Positions 1 to 11,839 are shown, counted from the stretch's first letter. The stretch is DNA of 64,000 nt from Nitrospirota bacterium (GCA_963796285.1 CAWCKW010000013.1:192001-256000), one strand, 5' to 3'. Program-made: numbers and translations. The notes: a model not told the origin generated them from the sequence alone.

Positions 1-148
1 CCCGCAGAGAGCGAGTCAGCTGTCTGATCCCATTGCCACGCTCACGGACGTTTCCCTGCGTCTGTCGGGCGGTCCGCACAAAATACATTGTCGTCCTGCT
101 ATGAGGAGTTTTTTCACAATCGTAAACCGTCCTGTACATTTCAAACGT

Positions 149-1627
149 TTACTGGTTATAGGAATTCATCCCCAGCTTGAGCAACCCCTTCTCGATAAGT
201 CGTCTTGCAGATTCAGCCACGCGCGGATCAAACTGCCCCCCTGCTTCCCGCTCCAACTCGAGCAATACCCCCTGGATCGAGATCTTGCCGCGGTAGGGCC
301 GCTCGGAAACCATGGCATCGATCGTGTCCGCAACATTGAGTATCCGCGCCGCAAGCGTGATCGCTTCCCCCGCAAGGCCCTGGGGATAGCCTTTCCCGTC
401 GAAGCGCTCATGGTGCTGATAGATAGCATTGATGATGGCCGGCGAAAATCCGATCGGCTCAAGGATCCTGATGCCATGTGCCGGGTGGTCCTTCATGATG
501 TCGAACTCTTCCTGGTTCAGGCCCGCCGGTTTGCTGATTATCAGTTCGCTTATCCCGATCTTACCCATGTCGTGCAAGATAGCAGCGATATGGATCTCTT
601 CGAGCTGGGACGAGTCCATCTCCATATCGCGAGCGACTGACACTGCGTATTTTGCCACGTTGGCGGAGTGCCAGCGGGTGTAGGGGTCTTTTGCCTCTAC
701 CGCGGCAACGAGCGCCTGAACCGTTCGAAAGTAGTTTTCGCGCAAGTTTTCATAGAGCGTTGCGTTCTCCATGGCTGTCACCACCTGACTGGACAGGATC
801 AATGCGATCTGAAGGTCGCTCGTGGAAAACGGCGCCCCCGAGAATTTGCTCACGTTGAGCACGCCGAACAGCTTATTCTTTCCAATGAGAGGGACCGACA
901 TGGAAGAAGCAGGCATGTTCTCTCGATTAATGGTTGCCATCACTTCCGGGTCAGGGTGTTTTCCGGCCGATATGATCAGCGGTTTCCGACGCTTCAGTAC
1001 CAGTCCGGAGACGCCTTCTCCCTCCTTGCGGCGCGCCTTCAGCGCCACATCCGAGGACAGGCCGTGCGAAGCGCGTATCAACAGTGCTCCGCTGGCCTCA
1101 TCGATCAACATCAACGAGACCCGGTCCACCAAGAAATCCTTCACGAGCACCTCGGTGATGATCTTGAACAAGTGGGCGAGGTCGATCTCGGTCACGAGCA
1201 GTTTGCTGATCTCAAAGAGCGGGATAAGCGCCTTGAGCCTGATATTCTCCTTTTTGAGCCTGCTGCTGTTGATCGCACGGTCAACGGCACCCAGCAGTTC
1301 CTTCTCGGCGAAGGGTTTGAGTATAAAGCCGTCCACACCCCGCATAAGAGACTCTATCGCTGTATCAAGCGTACCGTGCCCGGTAATAAAAATCGTTACT
1401 AAGTCCTGCGTCCGTGCCTTGACCTGCTCAAAGAGCTCTAGGCCGTCAATACCCGGCATCTTGATGTCCGTGATCATCAAATCTATCGCCGAGCGGCCAA
1501 GTTCCTCCAGGGCTGCCATACCGTTCGAGGCCGTGGTCACCTGGTACCCTTCAGCGGACAAAATATGGGAACACAGGTCTCTGATCATAGCCTCGTCATC
1601 AACAACGAGTATTCTTTCATTGGCCAT
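149..1627 (-). CDS. Response regulator with REC, GAF and HD-GYP (c-di-GMP phosphodiesterase) domains
   Basis: N-terminal receiver (ILVVDDE, MITDIKMPG, ILKPF), central GAF-like region, HD motif LHDMGK and HHERFDGKGYP. Confidence 0.92.
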   Translation of the reverse strand: MANERILVVDDEAMIRDLCSHILSAEGYQVTTASNGMAALEELGRSAIDLMITDIKMPGIDGLELFEQVKARTQDLVTIFITGHGTLDTAIESLMRGVDGFILKPFAEKELLGAVDRAINSSRLKKENIRLKALIPLFEISKLLVTEIDLAHLFKIITEVLVKDFLVDRVSLMLIDEASGALLIRASHGLSSDVALKARRKEGEGVSGLVLKRRKPLIISAGKHPDPEVMATINRENMPASSMSVPLIGKNKLFGVLNVSKFSGAPFSTSDLQIALILSSQVVTAMENATLYENLRENYFRTVQALVAAVEAKDPYTRWHSANVAKYAVSVARDMEMDSSQLEEIHIAAILHDMGKIGISELIISKPAGLNQEEFDIMKDHPAHGIRILEPIGFSPAIINAIYQHHERFDGKGYPQGLAGEAITLAARILNVADTIDAMVSERPYRGKISIQGVLLELEREAGGQFDPRVAESARRLIEKGLLKLGMNSYNQ

Positions 1628-1739
1628 GACTGCACCCCCCTTGCAAGCATCTATGATGTCTGTCGAGCTTAAAAAGTCTGAGGATATGAGAAAAACAGGA
1701 CGCTCTCCACCCTTGAGACATTACAAACTCATCAGAGTC

Positions 1740-1950
1740 GTATGCCGGTAGGGTCACCCGGAACGTAGACCCTGCACCGACTTTACTCTTAACTTCGATC
1801 ATGCTGCCATGATTCTGAACAATCATATAACTGAGAGACAATCTCAACCCATACCATTCACCAATCGGTCGTGAGATAAAAAAATGGCTCGAAAATTTCA
1901 TCCATTTGTTCTTCGGGGAGACCATTACCCGTATCGCTGAATAGAAAACT
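1740..1950 (-). pseudogene. Remnant of a sensor histidine kinase HATPase_c C-terminus
   Basis: Across two frames reads SDTGNGLPEEQMDEIFEPFF (G1 and F boxes) then ISRPIGEWYGLRLSLSYMIVQNHGSMIEVKSKVGAGSTFRVTLP (degenerate G2 box); no upstream kinase domains. Confidence 0.75.
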
Positions 1951-2427
1951 CCTAGCTAGTACGGTGTTCGATATTATCTGTCGACAGGAACCTCAGTTAA
2001 CAAATAATTTCGTATCCGTATTACCAAGGGGTGTTTCGCAATTGTGATTATAGATCATCAAGTAGAGCATTGCGTTACCGGAAAGTAAACCTTCACTAGT
2101 CGTAAAGGGAGGTGAGATTTTTTGCAGAGTGCGGTCGTGCATGCTATGATACTATCTTCTATAGTGAAAGCCGCAAGCTCTTTGGCCACATTTGACATTC
2201 TATTTCTAAACTCCTTATTAATTCCTGAGTCCCTTCCAAGAAAACGAAAGTCCCTGCATGCGCGGCAACAAACGAGAAGACCATTGTGTTGAAAAGGATC
2301 CTGAGCGATTTCACCATACCATCAGAAAACGAATTGACTCAACAGCGCCTGAGCCGCAGAAATCATACCATCACCATCCTCAATGCTTGCAAGCAATAGT
2401 AGCATAAATGCGCTTTTGTGTAAATGC

Positions 2428-2466
2428 AAAAAAAAAGGCAAGGGGTTTTTACCCTTGCCTTTTTGC
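2428..2466. terminator. Bidirectional intrinsic terminator after the alpha operon (rplQ)
   Basis: A-run, AGGCAAGGG / CCCTTGCCT stem, T-run. Confidence 0.85.
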
Positions 2467-2559
2467 TCTGTTTGATTGTCGTATCCATAGCGACTTATCA
2501 CTGCCAGAAGGACACGATATGCAAACTCCCCGTATCTATTCCTGCCATGAGGTGACAGT

Positions 2560-2967
2560 TTATTGAGCTGTTTTCTTTCCCGTTGCCTTCGCTTCCTTGG
2601 CTTCTTGCTTCTGCCGTTCTACCAGTTCGATAACAGCCATGGGTGCAGCATCGCCAGGCCTTGTGCGAGTCATCACAATCCTCGTGTACCCGCCGTTCCG
2701 GGAGACAAAACGCGGTGCAATCTGTGCGAACAATCCGCTCACCACCGTCTCGTCGTGAATGAAGCTAAGCGCCTGACGCCGAGCGTGCAGATCTCCACGC
2801 TTGCCAAGCGTGATCATTTTTTCCGCCAGCGGTCGTATTTCCTTGGCTTTCGCGACCGTCGTCTCGATCTTTTCGTTCTTAAGCAGTGCGGTAACGAGCA
2901 TCCTGAGAAGTGCCTTCCGGTGACTCGTATCTCTCCCAAATTGTCTGCCTGCGCATCCGTGTCTCAT
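2560..2967 (-). CDS. rplQ: 50S ribosomal protein L17
   Basis: [32 protein letters not shown]; follows rpoA. Confidence 0.98.
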   Translation of the reverse strand: MRHGCAGRQFGRDTSHRKALLRMLVTALLKNEKIETTVAKAKEIRPLAEKMITLGKRGDLHARRQALSFIHDETVVSGLFAQIAPRFVSRNGGYTRIVMTRTRPGDAAPMAVIELVERQKQEAKEAKATGKKTAQ

Positions 2968-2994
2968 ATCACTATCCTTGCCACATAGATTTTT

Positions 2995-4017
2995 TTACGC
3001 TTCGCTCGGTTTTTCCGCGAGTAGCCGTCTGGCTTCTGCCACAATTTTATCATCCACCTTCAGTCCGAGGCTAAGCCCCATCTCGGAAAGAATCTCTTTT
3101 ATTTCATTGAGCGATTTTCTGCCAAAATTTTTAGTCTTGAGCATCTCGCTCTCGGTCTTCTGCACCATCTCAGCGATGGTCTCTATCCCTGCATTCTTCA
3201 GGCAGTTCGCCGCCCGCACCGACAATTCCAGCTCGTTCACACTACGAAGAAGGTTTTCATTGAACGATGGAACTTTTTTGATCTCCTCTTCCATCGTTAG
3301 TGACTCTTCTTCTTCCTCGGGCAGGTGAATAAAGATGGATAAATGGTCTTTAAGCAGCTTCGACGCATGGGCAATGGCGTCATCAGGCCTGATACTGCCA
3401 TCAGTCCATACCTCAAGCACAAGCTTGTCGTAGTCCGTTTCCTGTCCGACGCGGGCGTTTTCCACCTTGAAATTCACCTTGCGAATCGGAGAGAAAATGG
3501 AATCAATAGGGATGACACCAATCGACTGTCCCGGTTCCTTATTTTTATCCGAGGAGACATACCCCCTGCCGCGGCGAGCTCTCATTTCGAGCTCGAGTTT
3601 TCCATTCTTATCGATCGTTGCCAGATGAAGGTCCGGATTCAATATCTCCACCTCGGCGTCTGCCACAATGTCCTTGGCCGTAACCTCTCCCGGGCCTTTC
3701 GCCTTCAATGAAAGCGTCTTAGGCTTGTCAGTGTGGAGTTTAAGCCTGATCTCCTTGAGGTTGAGAATCAGGTCCGTCGTGTCCTCGACGACCCCCGGTA
3801 TACTTGAAAACTCATGCTGCACGCCGGATATTTTTAACGATGTGATCGCCGATCCTTCAAGCGATGAAAGAAGAACACGGCGCAAAGAATTGCCCAGCGT
3901 TGTCCCAAAACCACGCTCTAGCGGCTCTGCCGTGAACTTCCCGTATGTATCAGTTATTTTTTTAGAATCATACTGAAGTTTTTTCGGCATCTGGAAATCT
4001 TTTGCTTTTTTGAGCAT
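2995..4017 (-). CDS. rpoA: RNA polymerase subunit alpha
   Basis: [40 protein letters not shown]; start set at ATG 4017 after a GGAGGA SD. Confidence 0.98.
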   Translation of the reverse strand: MLKKAKDFQMPKKLQYDSKKITDTYGKFTAEPLERGFGTTLGNSLRRVLLSSLEGSAITSLKISGVQHEFSSIPGVVEDTTDLILNLKEIRLKLHTDKPKTLSLKAKGPGEVTAKDIVADAEVEILNPDLHLATIDKNGKLELEMRARRGRGYVSSDKNKEPGQSIGVIPIDSIFSPIRKVNFKVENARVGQETDYDKLVLEVWTDGSIRPDDAIAHASKLLKDHLSIFIHLPEEEEESLTMEEEIKKVPSFNENLLRSVNELELSVRAANCLKNAGIETIAEMVQKTESEMLKTKNFGRKSLNEIKEILSEMGLSLGLKVDDKIVAEARRLLAEKPSEA

Positions 4018-4134
4018 TGTTCCTCCATAACGGAGTGAAAAAACTGGCCATAGGACTGAATAAATATAGTGCACGCCTTGGAAACATGGCGATGCCTAGT
4101 TGTCCTCAGAATATTTTCACCTTCGGGATTAACC

Positions 4135-4764
4135 TTACTTCGAATAGAGCTCGACTACAAGCTGTTCTTTTACCGTAGGCATCGTCGATTCATCTCTGGC
4201 AGGCAGTGCCAGTACTTTCCCCTTAAACGAAACCTTGTCGATCTCAAGCCAGGTTGGGAAACCCCGTTTCTCAAGCGCTGTGAGGGTCTGCTGAATCTGA
4301 GCAATACTCCGGCTCTTTTCGCGCAACTCCACCACATCTCCAGCTTTGAGCAAGTAGGAAGGTATATTCACTTTCTTCCCATTCACGAGCATATGGCCGT
4401 GCCGCACAAGCTGCCGTGCTTCCTTCTTGGAGCCGGCAAAACCCATTCTTTGAACAACGTTATCAAACCGTCTCTCAAGAAGCTGCAGTAGGTTGTCGCC
4501 CGTAACGCCCTTCATTCGCTCAGCCTTCTCAAAATAACCGCGAAACTGACGTTCCAGCACACCGTAGACGCGCCGAATTTTCTGTTTTTCCCTGAGCTGT
4601 ATGCAATATTCAGACTGTTTGATTCTCGCCTGACCATGCTGTCCTGGCGGATAGCTTCTTCTGGTGATTCCGCATTTATCCGTATAGCAACGCTCGGCTT
4701 TCAGAAAGAGCTTTGTCCCCTCTCTCCTGCAAAGTTTACAGACTGATCCTATATACCGTGCCAC
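4135..4764 (-). CDS. rpsD: 30S ribosomal protein S4 (Zn-binding type)
   Basis: [28 protein letters not shown]. Confidence 0.98.
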   Translation of the reverse strand: MARYIGSVCKLCRREGTKLFLKAERCYTDKCGITRRSYPPGQHGQARIKQSEYCIQLREKQKIRRVYGVLERQFRGYFEKAERMKGVTGDNLLQLLERRFDNVVQRMGFAGSKKEARQLVRHGHMLVNGKKVNIPSYLLKAGDVVELREKSRSIAQIQQTLTALEKRGFPTWLEIDKVSFKGKVLALPARDESTMPTVKEQLVVELYSK

Positions 4765-4792
4765 GTGATTCCTCCTGTGTTAACCTGTAAAT

Positions 4793-5167
4793 CTAAACCC
4801 GTCTCCGTTTCGGCGGCCTGCACCCGTTATGCGGGATCGGCGTTACATCCTTGATCGCCACGATCTCGAGCCCTGCGGCCTGGATCGCCCTAATTGCTGA
4901 TTCCCTGCCCGTGCCCGGACCCTTGACGTATACCTCAACCTGCCGCATGCCGTGTTCCATTGCCTTTTTGGCAGCCGTCTCTGCAGCCAGCTGTGAGGCA
5001 AAGGGAGTGCTCTTTCTCGAACCCTTAAATCCTTTGCTGCCAGAGCTTGACCAGGTGATTACATTCCCGGTGGCATCGGTAATCGTAACAATCGTGTTGT
5101 TAAAGGACGCGTGGATATGGGCTACACCATTTGCCACATTCTTTTTTTCTTTACCCTTCTTTGCCAT
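4793..5167 (-). CDS. rpsK: 30S ribosomal protein S11
   Basis: [37 protein letters not shown]; start at ATG 5167 after GGAG. Confidence 0.98.
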   Translation of the reverse strand: MAKKGKEKKNVANGVAHIHASFNNTIVTITDATGNVITWSSSGSKGFKGSRKSTPFASQLAAETAAKKAMEHGMRQVEVYVKGPGTGRESAIRAIQAAGLEIVAIKDVTPIPHNGCRPPKRRRV

Positions 5168-5237
5168 CTGCTCTCCAGTGCGTGTGATATCGCCTCTGGC
5201 ATGAATTTTCTCCACGCCCGAGCAACGCTTGTTCCAT

Positions 5238-5630
5238 TTACTTCTTTAACATCCCCTTCTTCTTTCCCTTGCCTGACATCGCTGATTTCTTAGGTCCTTT
5301 TCGCGTCCGGGCATTGGTCTTTGTTCGCTGACCTCTGGCCGGCAAACCCCTGCGGTGTCTCAGTCCGCGATAGCTGCCGATGTCCATCAACCGTTTAATG
5401 TGCATCGTCACATCTCTTCGGAGATCCCCCTCCACCGTGTAGTCCCGATCGAGAATGGTCCGGATCTTCACAATATCCGATTCCGTGAGATTATTACTCT
5501 TGGTATTCGGATCGATGCCCGCCTCGGCTAGGATTTTTTTTGCAGACGTCGGTCCTATTCCGAAAATATAGGTAAGCGAGATCCCAACTTTTTTATCTTT
5601 AGGTAAATCTACACCGGCAATTCGTGCCAC
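5238..5630 (-). CDS. rpsM: 30S ribosomal protein S13
   Basis: [35 protein letters not shown]. Confidence 0.98.
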   Translation of the reverse strand: MARIAGVDLPKDKKVGISLTYIFGIGPTSAKKILAEAGIDPNTKSNNLTESDIVKIRTILDRDYTVEGDLRRDVTMHIKRLMDIGSYRGLRHRRGLPARGQRTKTNARTRKGPKKSAMSGKGKKKGMLKK

Positions 5631-5760
5631 AGTTCCTCCTCAAACGACGATACGCCTTTATGACGGAAAATGTACTACCGCTTCACTAAGACGAGAAGTC
5701 ATGTGCCTTAGTCTTTTCGTCCCTCGTCCATAATCTCACTATTAACGATTGTACGGTCTT

Positions 5761-5874
5761 CTATCCCTGCCGTTGCTTATGGCGTGCGTTTTCACAGATA
5801 ACGCGTACAATGCCCTTGCGGCGGATGACCGAACACTTGGGACAAATTTTACGAACTGATGAGCGAACTTTCAT
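5761..5874 (-). CDS. rpmJ: 50S ribosomal protein L36 (Zn-ribbon type)
   Basis: Hand translation [37 protein letters not shown]; below the ORF-track cutoff. Confidence 0.97.
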   Translation of the reverse strand: MKVRSSVRKICPKCSVIRRKGIVRVICENARHKQRQG

Positions 5875-5934
5875 GTCCTTTTACTTCCATTCTTTTGAAG
5901 TGATATTCGTACCAACACAAAACTTATCGAGTTT

Positions 5935-6153
5935 CTATTTGAACCGGTAGGTGATCCTACCTCTGGTCAGATCATAGGGAGTAAGTTCCACTGTCACCTT
6001 GTCGCCGGGAAGTATTTTTATAAAGTGCATCCGCATCTTACCCGATATGTGTGCCAGTATTTTATGACCATTCTCCATTTCCACCCGGAACATAGCATTA
6101 GGGAGTGTTTCCAGCACCGTGCCTTGTACCTCTATGGAATCTTCTTTTGCCAT
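5935..6153 (-). CDS. infA: Translation initiation factor IF-1
   Basis: [30 protein letters not shown]. Confidence 0.98.
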   Translation of the reverse strand: MAKEDSIEVQGTVLETLPNAMFRVEMENGHKILAHISGKMRMHFIKILPGDKVTVELTPYDLTRGRITYRFK

Positions 6154-6160
6154 ATCCTCA

Positions 6161-6910
6161 CTATTTCTTTGTCAGTATCCATGGCCCGTCAGGCATTACC
6201 GCTATCGTGTGTTCAAAATGCGCTGAAAGACTTCCATCAGCGGTAACGGCCGTCCAATTATCTTCCCGAGTGACCGTCGCGCTTCCACCGATATTTACCA
6301 TCGGCTCGATTGCCAGCACCATCCCCGGTTTCAACCGCGGGCCCTGTCCTGAGGCTCCGAAATTCGGTAGTTGGGGATCCTCATGCAGGCTTCTACCAAT
6401 TCCGTGTCCGACAAATTCCCTGACGACTGAGTATCCGTTCGATTCCACATAATCCTGAACAGCATGCGAAATATCATACAGCCGGTTACCTGCCTGCGCC
6501 TGAGCTATGCCACGAAGGAGTGATTCTTCCGTAACCCTCATCAGCCGTTCAGCCTCCGGTTTTATCGTACCCACCGGCAGGGTTATTGCCGCATCGCCGT
6601 AGAACCCGTCCACGATCGTTCCCACATCGACACTGACAATATCACCCTGTTTAAGAACAGCATCCTTTGATGGAATGCCGTGAATAACCTCATTGTTCAC
6701 TGAAGTACAAAGCGTCTTTGGGTAACCCCGATAGCCCTTGAATGCGGGCTTCGCGCCTGCGGCAATTATGAACCGCTCAGCAAATTCATCCAGCTCTTGA
6801 GTAGTGATTCCCGGCCGGACTATTCCGCGAATGCTTTCCAGGACATCCGCGACGATCAAACAGGCTTTCCGTATCTTTTCGATCTCCTGAAGGGACTTGA
6901 GAATGATCAT
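6161..6910 (-). CDS. map: Methionine aminopeptidase type I
   Basis: [37 protein letters not shown]. Confidence 0.97.
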   Translation of the reverse strand: MIILKSLQEIEKIRKACLIVADVLESIRGIVRPGITTQELDEFAERFIIAAGAKPAFKGYRGYPKTLCTSVNNEVIHGIPSKDAVLKQGDIVSVDVGTIVDGFYGDAAITLPVGTIKPEAERLMRVTEESLLRGIAQAQAGNRLYDISHAVQDYVESNGYSVVREFVGHGIGRSLHEDPQLPNFGASGQGPRLKPGMVLAIEPMVNIGGSATVTREDNWTAVTADGSLSAHFEHTIAVMPDGPWILTKK

Positions 6911-6925
6911 GACACTTCCCCGATG

Positions 6926-8224
6926 TTACCGTCTCCCTTTGACCGAAACGCCTTTCAGGAAACCTCCATAATGTCTTTGAATTAAGTGTGACTCTATCTG
7001 CGATACCGTGTCAAGCGCGACGCCGATGACAATCAGGAGCGATGTGCCTCCGAAATAAAACGGCACATTGAAAAATTTATAAAAAATGTCCGGCAGAACA
7101 CAGACTGCAGCAAGATAGAGCGCACCGCCTAGCGTGATACGGGTCAGCACGCGATACAAGTAGTCAGAGGTTTTTTTGCCGGGCCTGATGCCGGGGATGA
7201 ATCCGCCGTACTTTTTCAGGTTATCGGCGATATCCACCGGATTGAACACGATCGCCGTATAAAAATATGCGAAAAAAATGATCATGATAACATAGACGGT
7301 CGTATAAAGCAGTTTCCCCGGTGAAAGCTGCTGTGCGATAGATTGTATCCATGCGACCTGCGTAAACCCTGCGATCGTCGCAGGAAACAGTAATATCGAA
7401 GATGCGAAGATCGGCGGGATCACGCCTGCAGAATTAACTTTCAGTGGCAGGTGCGTACTCTGTCCTTTGTAAATTTTTCTGCCGACCATCCGCTGCGCAT
7501 ACTGGACGGATATTTTTCTCTGGCCGCGCTCCATAATGATAATGGCCGCAATGACAGCAATGATAATGACCAGTATCACTGCCACCAGGAAATACGGGAT
7601 TTCGCCGGATCGGGCAAGCTGGATGGTATTTGACACCGCGCGGGGAAAACCCGCCACAATACCGGCAAATATGATGAGCGAGATGCCATTGCCGATCCCG
7701 CGTTCGGTAATCTGCTCGCCAAGCCACATGATGAATGTCGTGCCGGCCGTAAGCGTGATCATGGTGAGAATGCGAAAGGACCAGCCTGTGGATTCAACGA
7801 AGGCTCCATCTCCCATTTTCTCGATGCCAACTGCCATCCAGAATGATTGAAATCCGGCAATCAAAACCGTTCCGTAGCGTGTATATTCGGTAATCTTTTT
7901 CCGGCCAGCCTCACCCTCTTTCGCAAGCGCCTGCAGTCGAGGGATCACCACGGTAAGAAGCTGAAGCACAATCGATGCTGTAATATAGGGCATGATCCCG
8001 AGAGCGAAAATAGTTACCCTGGAAAGTGCCCCGCCGGAAAACATGTCGAAAAAACCCATGAGACCCGATGCAGCTTGATGCAGATACTGGCTCAGTGCCT
8101 CTCCCCTTACGCCGGGCGTAGGAATGTGCGCGCCTATCCGGTATACCGCAAGCATCAGGAGCGTGAAAACGATCCGTTTTCTGAGTTCGGGGATATTAAA
8201 TATGTTTTTCAGGCCGGTGAACAA
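6926..8224 (-). CDS. secY: Preprotein translocase SecY
   Basis: IFALGIMPYITASI, GIGNGISLIIF, GVIPPIFASS, FIPGIRPG, FGGTSLLI. Confidence 0.98.
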   Translation of the reverse strand: MFTGLKNIFNIPELRKRIVFTLLMLAVYRIGAHIPTPGVRGEALSQYLHQAASGLMGFFDMFSGGALSRVTIFALGIMPYITASIVLQLLTVVIPRLQALAKEGEAGRKKITEYTRYGTVLIAGFQSFWMAVGIEKMGDGAFVESTGWSFRILTMITLTAGTTFIMWLGEQITERGIGNGISLIIFAGIVAGFPRAVSNTIQLARSGEIPYFLVAVILVIIIAVIAAIIIMERGQRKISVQYAQRMVGRKIYKGQSTHLPLKVNSAGVIPPIFASSILLFPATIAGFTQVAWIQSIAQQLSPGKLLYTTVYVIMIIFFAYFYTAIVFNPVDIADNLKKYGGFIPGIRPGKKTSDYLYRVLTRITLGGALYLAAVCVLPDIFYKFFNVPFYFGGTSLLIVIGVALDTVSQIESHLIQRHYGGFLKGVSVKGRR

Positions 8225-8227
8225 GGG

Positions 8228-8668
8228 TTAGATCACCTCGGCCTTTCCGCCTGCAGCCTGGATTTTATCGACTGCGCTTTTACTGAACTTGTGCGCTCGC
8301 ACAGTGAGCTTTGCCTTCAACTCACCGTTACCGAGCACTTTTACCCCGGTCTTCATGTCCTTGATCAAACCATTCTGCATGAGCACCTCGGGTGTAATGG
8401 GATCAGTACCAGCCATCTTTTCGAGATCCTGGAGGTTCACAATGGAATATTCTTTTCGGAATATATTCGTGAACCCCCTCTTCGGGATCCTCCGCTGAAG
8501 GGGCATCTGTCCGCCTTCAAAGCCAGCGCCCTTTACACCGCCCGAGCGGGCCTTCTGTCCCTTATGCCCTTTTCCGGCGGTCTTGCCTGATCCGGAACCG
8601 ACACCTCTTCCGACCCTTTTTGACTTTTTTGTTGCCCCTGCTGCTGGTTTTAATTCTTCTAATCTCAT
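8228..8668 (-). CDS. rplO: 50S ribosomal protein L15
   Basis: [27 protein letters not shown]. Confidence 0.98.
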   Translation of the reverse strand: MRLEELKPAAGATKKSKRVGRGVGSGSGKTAGKGHKGQKARSGGVKGAGFEGGQMPLQRRIPKRGFTNIFRKEYSIVNLQDLEKMAGTDPITPEVLMQNGLIKDMKTGVKVLGNGELKAKLTVRAHKFSKSAVDKIQAAGGKAEVI

Positions 8669-8727
8669 AGTTTACTCGCTGCCCATCACCAAATCGAATT
8701 TGTATAATTTATTTTGAGACATCTACG

Positions 8728-8922
8728 CTATGCTTCTTCCACTTTGACAAGGTGAGATATCTTAGTGATCATACCGCGGATTTGAGGCGTGTCCAAACGT
8801 ATGACAGAATGGTTCATTTTTTTGAGACCCAATCCTATCAATACGACCTTATGCTTTCCCGGTCGAGCAATACCACTTTTTACAAGCGTAATTTTAAGTC
8901 TTTTAGCATCAGCTTTTGCCAT
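8728..8922 (-). CDS. rpmD: 50S ribosomal protein L30
   Basis: LKITLVKS, LGLKK, IRGMITKISHLV; position between rpsE and rplO. Confidence 0.96.
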   Translation of the reverse strand: MAKADAKRLKITLVKSGIARPGKHKVVLIGLGLKKMNHSVIRLDTPQIRGMITKISHLVKVEEA

Positions 8923-8924
8923 AA

Positions 8925-9434
8925 TTAGCCAAGCTCCTCTACCGACCTGCCTCGAAGCGCCGCAACCTGCTCTGCACTCCTCAGCCTCATCAGTCCTTCG
9001 ATCGTAGCACTCACTACATTATGAGGATTACTTGATCCGAGAGATTTACAGAGCACGTTCCGTACGCCCACGACCTCTAGCACGGATCTACTCGCTCCGC
9101 CAGCAATCAAACCCGTACCTTCGGAAGCCGGCTTAAGCAACACCTTGCCCGCTCCGTAGTGTCCAAGAACGCGGTGAGGGATCGTATCTCCTTTCAGAGA
9201 GATCTGTATCATGCTCTTCTTCGCCCGTTCCACGGCCTTCTTGATGGCTACAGGCGCTTCAGCTGCCTTGCCCTTGCCAACGCCGATCTTTCCTTTGCCG
9301 TCACCAACGACCACCAGCGCGCTGAAGTTAAACCGCTTGCCGCCCTTGACCACCTTGGCGACCCGGTTCAGAAAGACCAGTTTATCTTTCAGGCCGTCGC
9401 TTTCCTCTGCTGATTTTTGATATCGATCTGCCAA
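8925..9434 (-). CDS. rpsE: 30S ribosomal protein S5
   Basis: [31 protein letters not shown]. Confidence 0.98.
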   Translation of the reverse strand: MADRYQKSAEESDGLKDKLVFLNRVAKVVKGGKRFNFSALVVVGDGKGKIGVGKGKAAEAPVAIKKAVERAKKSMIQISLKGDTIPHRVLGHYGAGKVLLKPASEGTGLIAGGASRSVLEVVGVRNVLCKSLGSSNPHNVVSATIEGLMRLRSAEQVAALRGRSVEELG

Positions 9435-9461
9435 TGCCGCCTCCGAATTAAACGCCGTTTC

Positions 9462-9824
9462 CTAAAAGCTGAGCCCCTTCTCGCGCGCCGCGTCTGCCAA
9501 CGCCTTAACACAACCGTGGTATTGATAACCGCCGCGGTCAAATACAACTAACTTAATATTCTTGCCAAGCGCCCGCTCCGCGATGCTCGCGCCCACCTTC
9601 TTGGCAGCCTCTACATTCCCGCAATGCTTCAGCCCGTCATGGAGCGTTTTCTCCGTAGAGGACGCGGCAATTATAGTCTTACCGGTGGTATCGTCTATGA
9701 TCTGCGCGTAAATATGGCTCAGGCTCTTGAAAACGCTCAGCCTTGGCCGCGTTGCCGTTCCGTACACGGTCTTTCTGACTCTATCATGCCGTCTCTGTCT
9801 GGATTTTAATTTGCTCTGTGCCAC
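9462..9824 (-). CDS. rplR: 50S ribosomal protein L18
   Basis: [27 protein letters not shown]. Confidence 0.98.
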   Translation of the reverse strand: MAQSKLKSRQRRHDRVRKTVYGTATRPRLSVFKSLSHIYAQIIDDTTGKTIIAASSTEKTLHDGLKHCGNVEAAKKVGASIAERALGKNIKLVVFDRGGYQYHGCVKALADAAREKGLSF

Positions 9825-9893
9825 CGTTTATTCTCCATCCAATTAAGCGCTGATCTTTATATCAATCAACGGTTCTAAATTCACAATGATATT

Positions 9894-10442
9894 CTACTTC
9901 CCGCCTTTACCAGCCTTGCCTTCTTTGCGCTGGATGACCTCAGTGCTGTACTTGATGCCCTTCCCCTTGTATGGCTCGGGTTTCTTCAGGCTTCTCAAGT
10001 TCGCCGCAATCTGTCCCACAAGCTGCTTATCTATCCCCTTGAGCGTGATCTGAGTCTGTTTGGGATCTACCGTCGCCTTGATCCCTTTGGGCATGGGATA
10101 GATAATCGGGTGAGAGAAACCGAGGCTCAGCATCAGGTTTGACCCCTGCGTTGCAGCCTTGAATCCGACTCCAGATATCTCGAGCGTCTTTTCATATCCC
10201 TTACTAACCCCTGTCACCATATTGGCAACCAGGTTTCTCGTCAATCCGTGCAGCTCGCGATATATTTTTTGATTTGACGGCCTCTCGACCACAAGCGTAT
10301 TTTTTTCTTTCTTGATGGACAGCTTTGGATTCACAATCTGGCTGATCTCGCCCAGCGGACCCTTGACCGTTACTTTTCCGGTCTCGAGTTTGGCCTCGAC
10401 GCCGGATGGAATTTCTATCGGTTTTTTACCAACCCTCGACAT
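9894..10442 (-). CDS. rplF: 50S ribosomal protein L6
   Basis: MSRVGKKPI, LGFSHP, PEPYKGKGIKY. Confidence 0.98.
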   Translation of the reverse strand: MSRVGKKPIEIPSGVEAKLETGKVTVKGPLGEISQIVNPKLSIKKEKNTLVVERPSNQKIYRELHGLTRNLVANMVTGVSKGYEKTLEISGVGFKAATQGSNLMLSLGFSHPIIYPMPKGIKATVDPKQTQITLKGIDKQLVGQIAANLRSLKKPEPYKGKGIKYSTEVIQRKEGKAGKGGK

Positions 10443-10486
10443 GACAGCTCCTAAAATCCTGATTGGACAAATTCTATAAACTTAAA

Positions 10487-10882
10487 TTACCACACATGGC
10501 AAATGACTTCGCCACCTACGTTGTCCTTCTTCGCCTGCCTGCCTGTTTGTATCCCTTTCGGCGTGGATAGAATGGCTGTGCCAAGCCCATCCAGCACCTT
10601 AGGAATAGCGTCATTGCTTGCGTACACCCGGCAACCGGGTTTACTGATCCGCTTCAGACCCTGAAGAACGGGGGCCTCGTCTTCTGTGTATTTGAGATAC
10701 ACGCGAATCAGACCCTGTCGGCGATCTTTCACTAATTTCACGTTCTTGACGAATCCCTCGTCCTTCAGAATCTTCGCAATCTCAACCTTCAGCTTGGAAG
10801 AGGGAATGTCCACTTTTTCATGTTTTGCCTTACTGGCATTGCGGATGCGCGTCAGCATATCCGCGATAGGATCGGTCATCAT
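10487..10882 (-). CDS. rpsH: 30S ribosomal protein S8
   Basis: [31 protein letters not shown]. Confidence 0.98.
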   Translation of the reverse strand: MMTDPIADMLTRIRNASKAKHEKVDIPSSKLKVEIAKILKDEGFVKNVKLVKDRRQGLIRVYLKYTEDEAPVLQGLKRISKPGCRVYASNDAIPKVLDGLGTAILSTPKGIQTGRQAKKDNVGGEVICHVW

Positions 10883-10901
10883 TGATTCAAACCCCTTTTG
10901 C

Positions 10902-11087
10902 TTACCAACTCGCCTTAATCACGCCCGGGATCTCTCCCTTGAGCGCCCTGTTTCTGAAACAGATCCTGCACAAGTCAAACTTCCGCAGATACCCTCGCGA
11001 CCGCCCGCAGAGCGGACAGCGAGAGTATGCCCGTACCTTGAATTTCGGTGCTCTTGCTGCTTTCGCTATCAAAGACTTCTTAGCCAT
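10902..11087 (-). CDS. rpsZ: 30S ribosomal protein S14 type Z (Zn-binding)
   Basis: 61 aa; [22 protein letters not shown]. Confidence 0.97.
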   Translation of the reverse strand: MAKKSLIAKAARAPKFKVRAYSRCPLCGRSRGYLRKFDLCRICFRNRALKGEIPGVIKASW

Positions 11088-11116
11088 TGTTCCTCCATCA
11101 CGTCCGTCCGATAGGA

Positions 11117-11839
11117 CTACTTCCTGTACGGCATCCCCAGATGGCCGAGCAATGCTCTACCCTCTTCATCAGTTTTCGCCGTCGTTACAATCACGATATC
11201 GAGTCCGTGAACCGAGTCCACCTTGTCAAACTCGATCTCTGGAAATATCACCTGTTCTTTGATCCCAACCGTATAATTCCCTCTACCGTCGAACGACTTT
11301 GACGACACACCTTTAAAATCTCTGATGCGGGGAAGCGCTGCGTTGATAAACCGGTCGAGGAACTCATACATGCGCTCTCGCCTGAGTGTCACCATACAGC
11401 CGATTGGCATCCCCTCCCTCAGCTTGAAGGTCGCGATAGACTTCTTGGCCTTGGTTATAACAGGACGCTGGCCGGTAATTTTGCCTATTTCCTCTGCGGC
11501 ATGGTCGAGCGCTTTGGCATTGGTTATGGCCTCACCCATACCTACGTTCAGTACCACCTTAATAAGCTTCGGCGCCTGCATGGGGTTTTTGTACTGAAAT
11601 TCCTTCATCAGCGCCGGTACAACGACGTCATGATAACGCTGCCTCAACCTCGGCGTCGGGATGCGCTCTGGAGCGTTCTTCTGAGCAACAGATTCCGGCG
11701 CCCCTTCAGCGGCCTTGGCATCCTTCTTTACTGCCTTTGTCGAAGCCTTTGGCTTCGCAGCCACCTTGGGGGTCTTGGCAGCATCCTTCTTCTTGTCACT
11801 TCCCTTGGTCTCTTTTGTTTTATCTTTCTTATCTGCCAT
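11117..11839 (-). CDS. rplE: 50S ribosomal protein L5 with ~60-aa Lys/Ala-rich N-terminal extension
   Basis: [34 protein letters not shown]. Confidence 0.97.
   Translation of the reverse strand: MADKKDKTKETKGSDKKKDAAKTPKVAAKPKASTKAVKKDAKAAEGAPESVAQKNAPERIPTPRLRQRYHDVVVPALMKEFQYKNPMQAPKLIKVVLNVGMGEAITNAKALDHAAEEIGKITGQRPVITKAKKSIATFKLREGMPIGCMVTLRRERMYEFLDRFINAALPRIRDFKGVSSKSFDGRGNYTVGIKEQVIFPEIEFDKVDSVHGLDIVIVTTAKTDEEGRALLGHLGMPYRK

Noticed and set aside
1950-2425. Possible ncRNA in the long spacer after the rplQ terminator
   Set aside because: No recognisable RNA family motif or convincing long stem; may be decayed kinase or promoter DNA
4018-4074. N-terminal extensions of RpoA, S11, HemE and EndoQ in the ORF track
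   Set aside because: Downstream ATGs with a clear SD or promoter match the conserved protein starts
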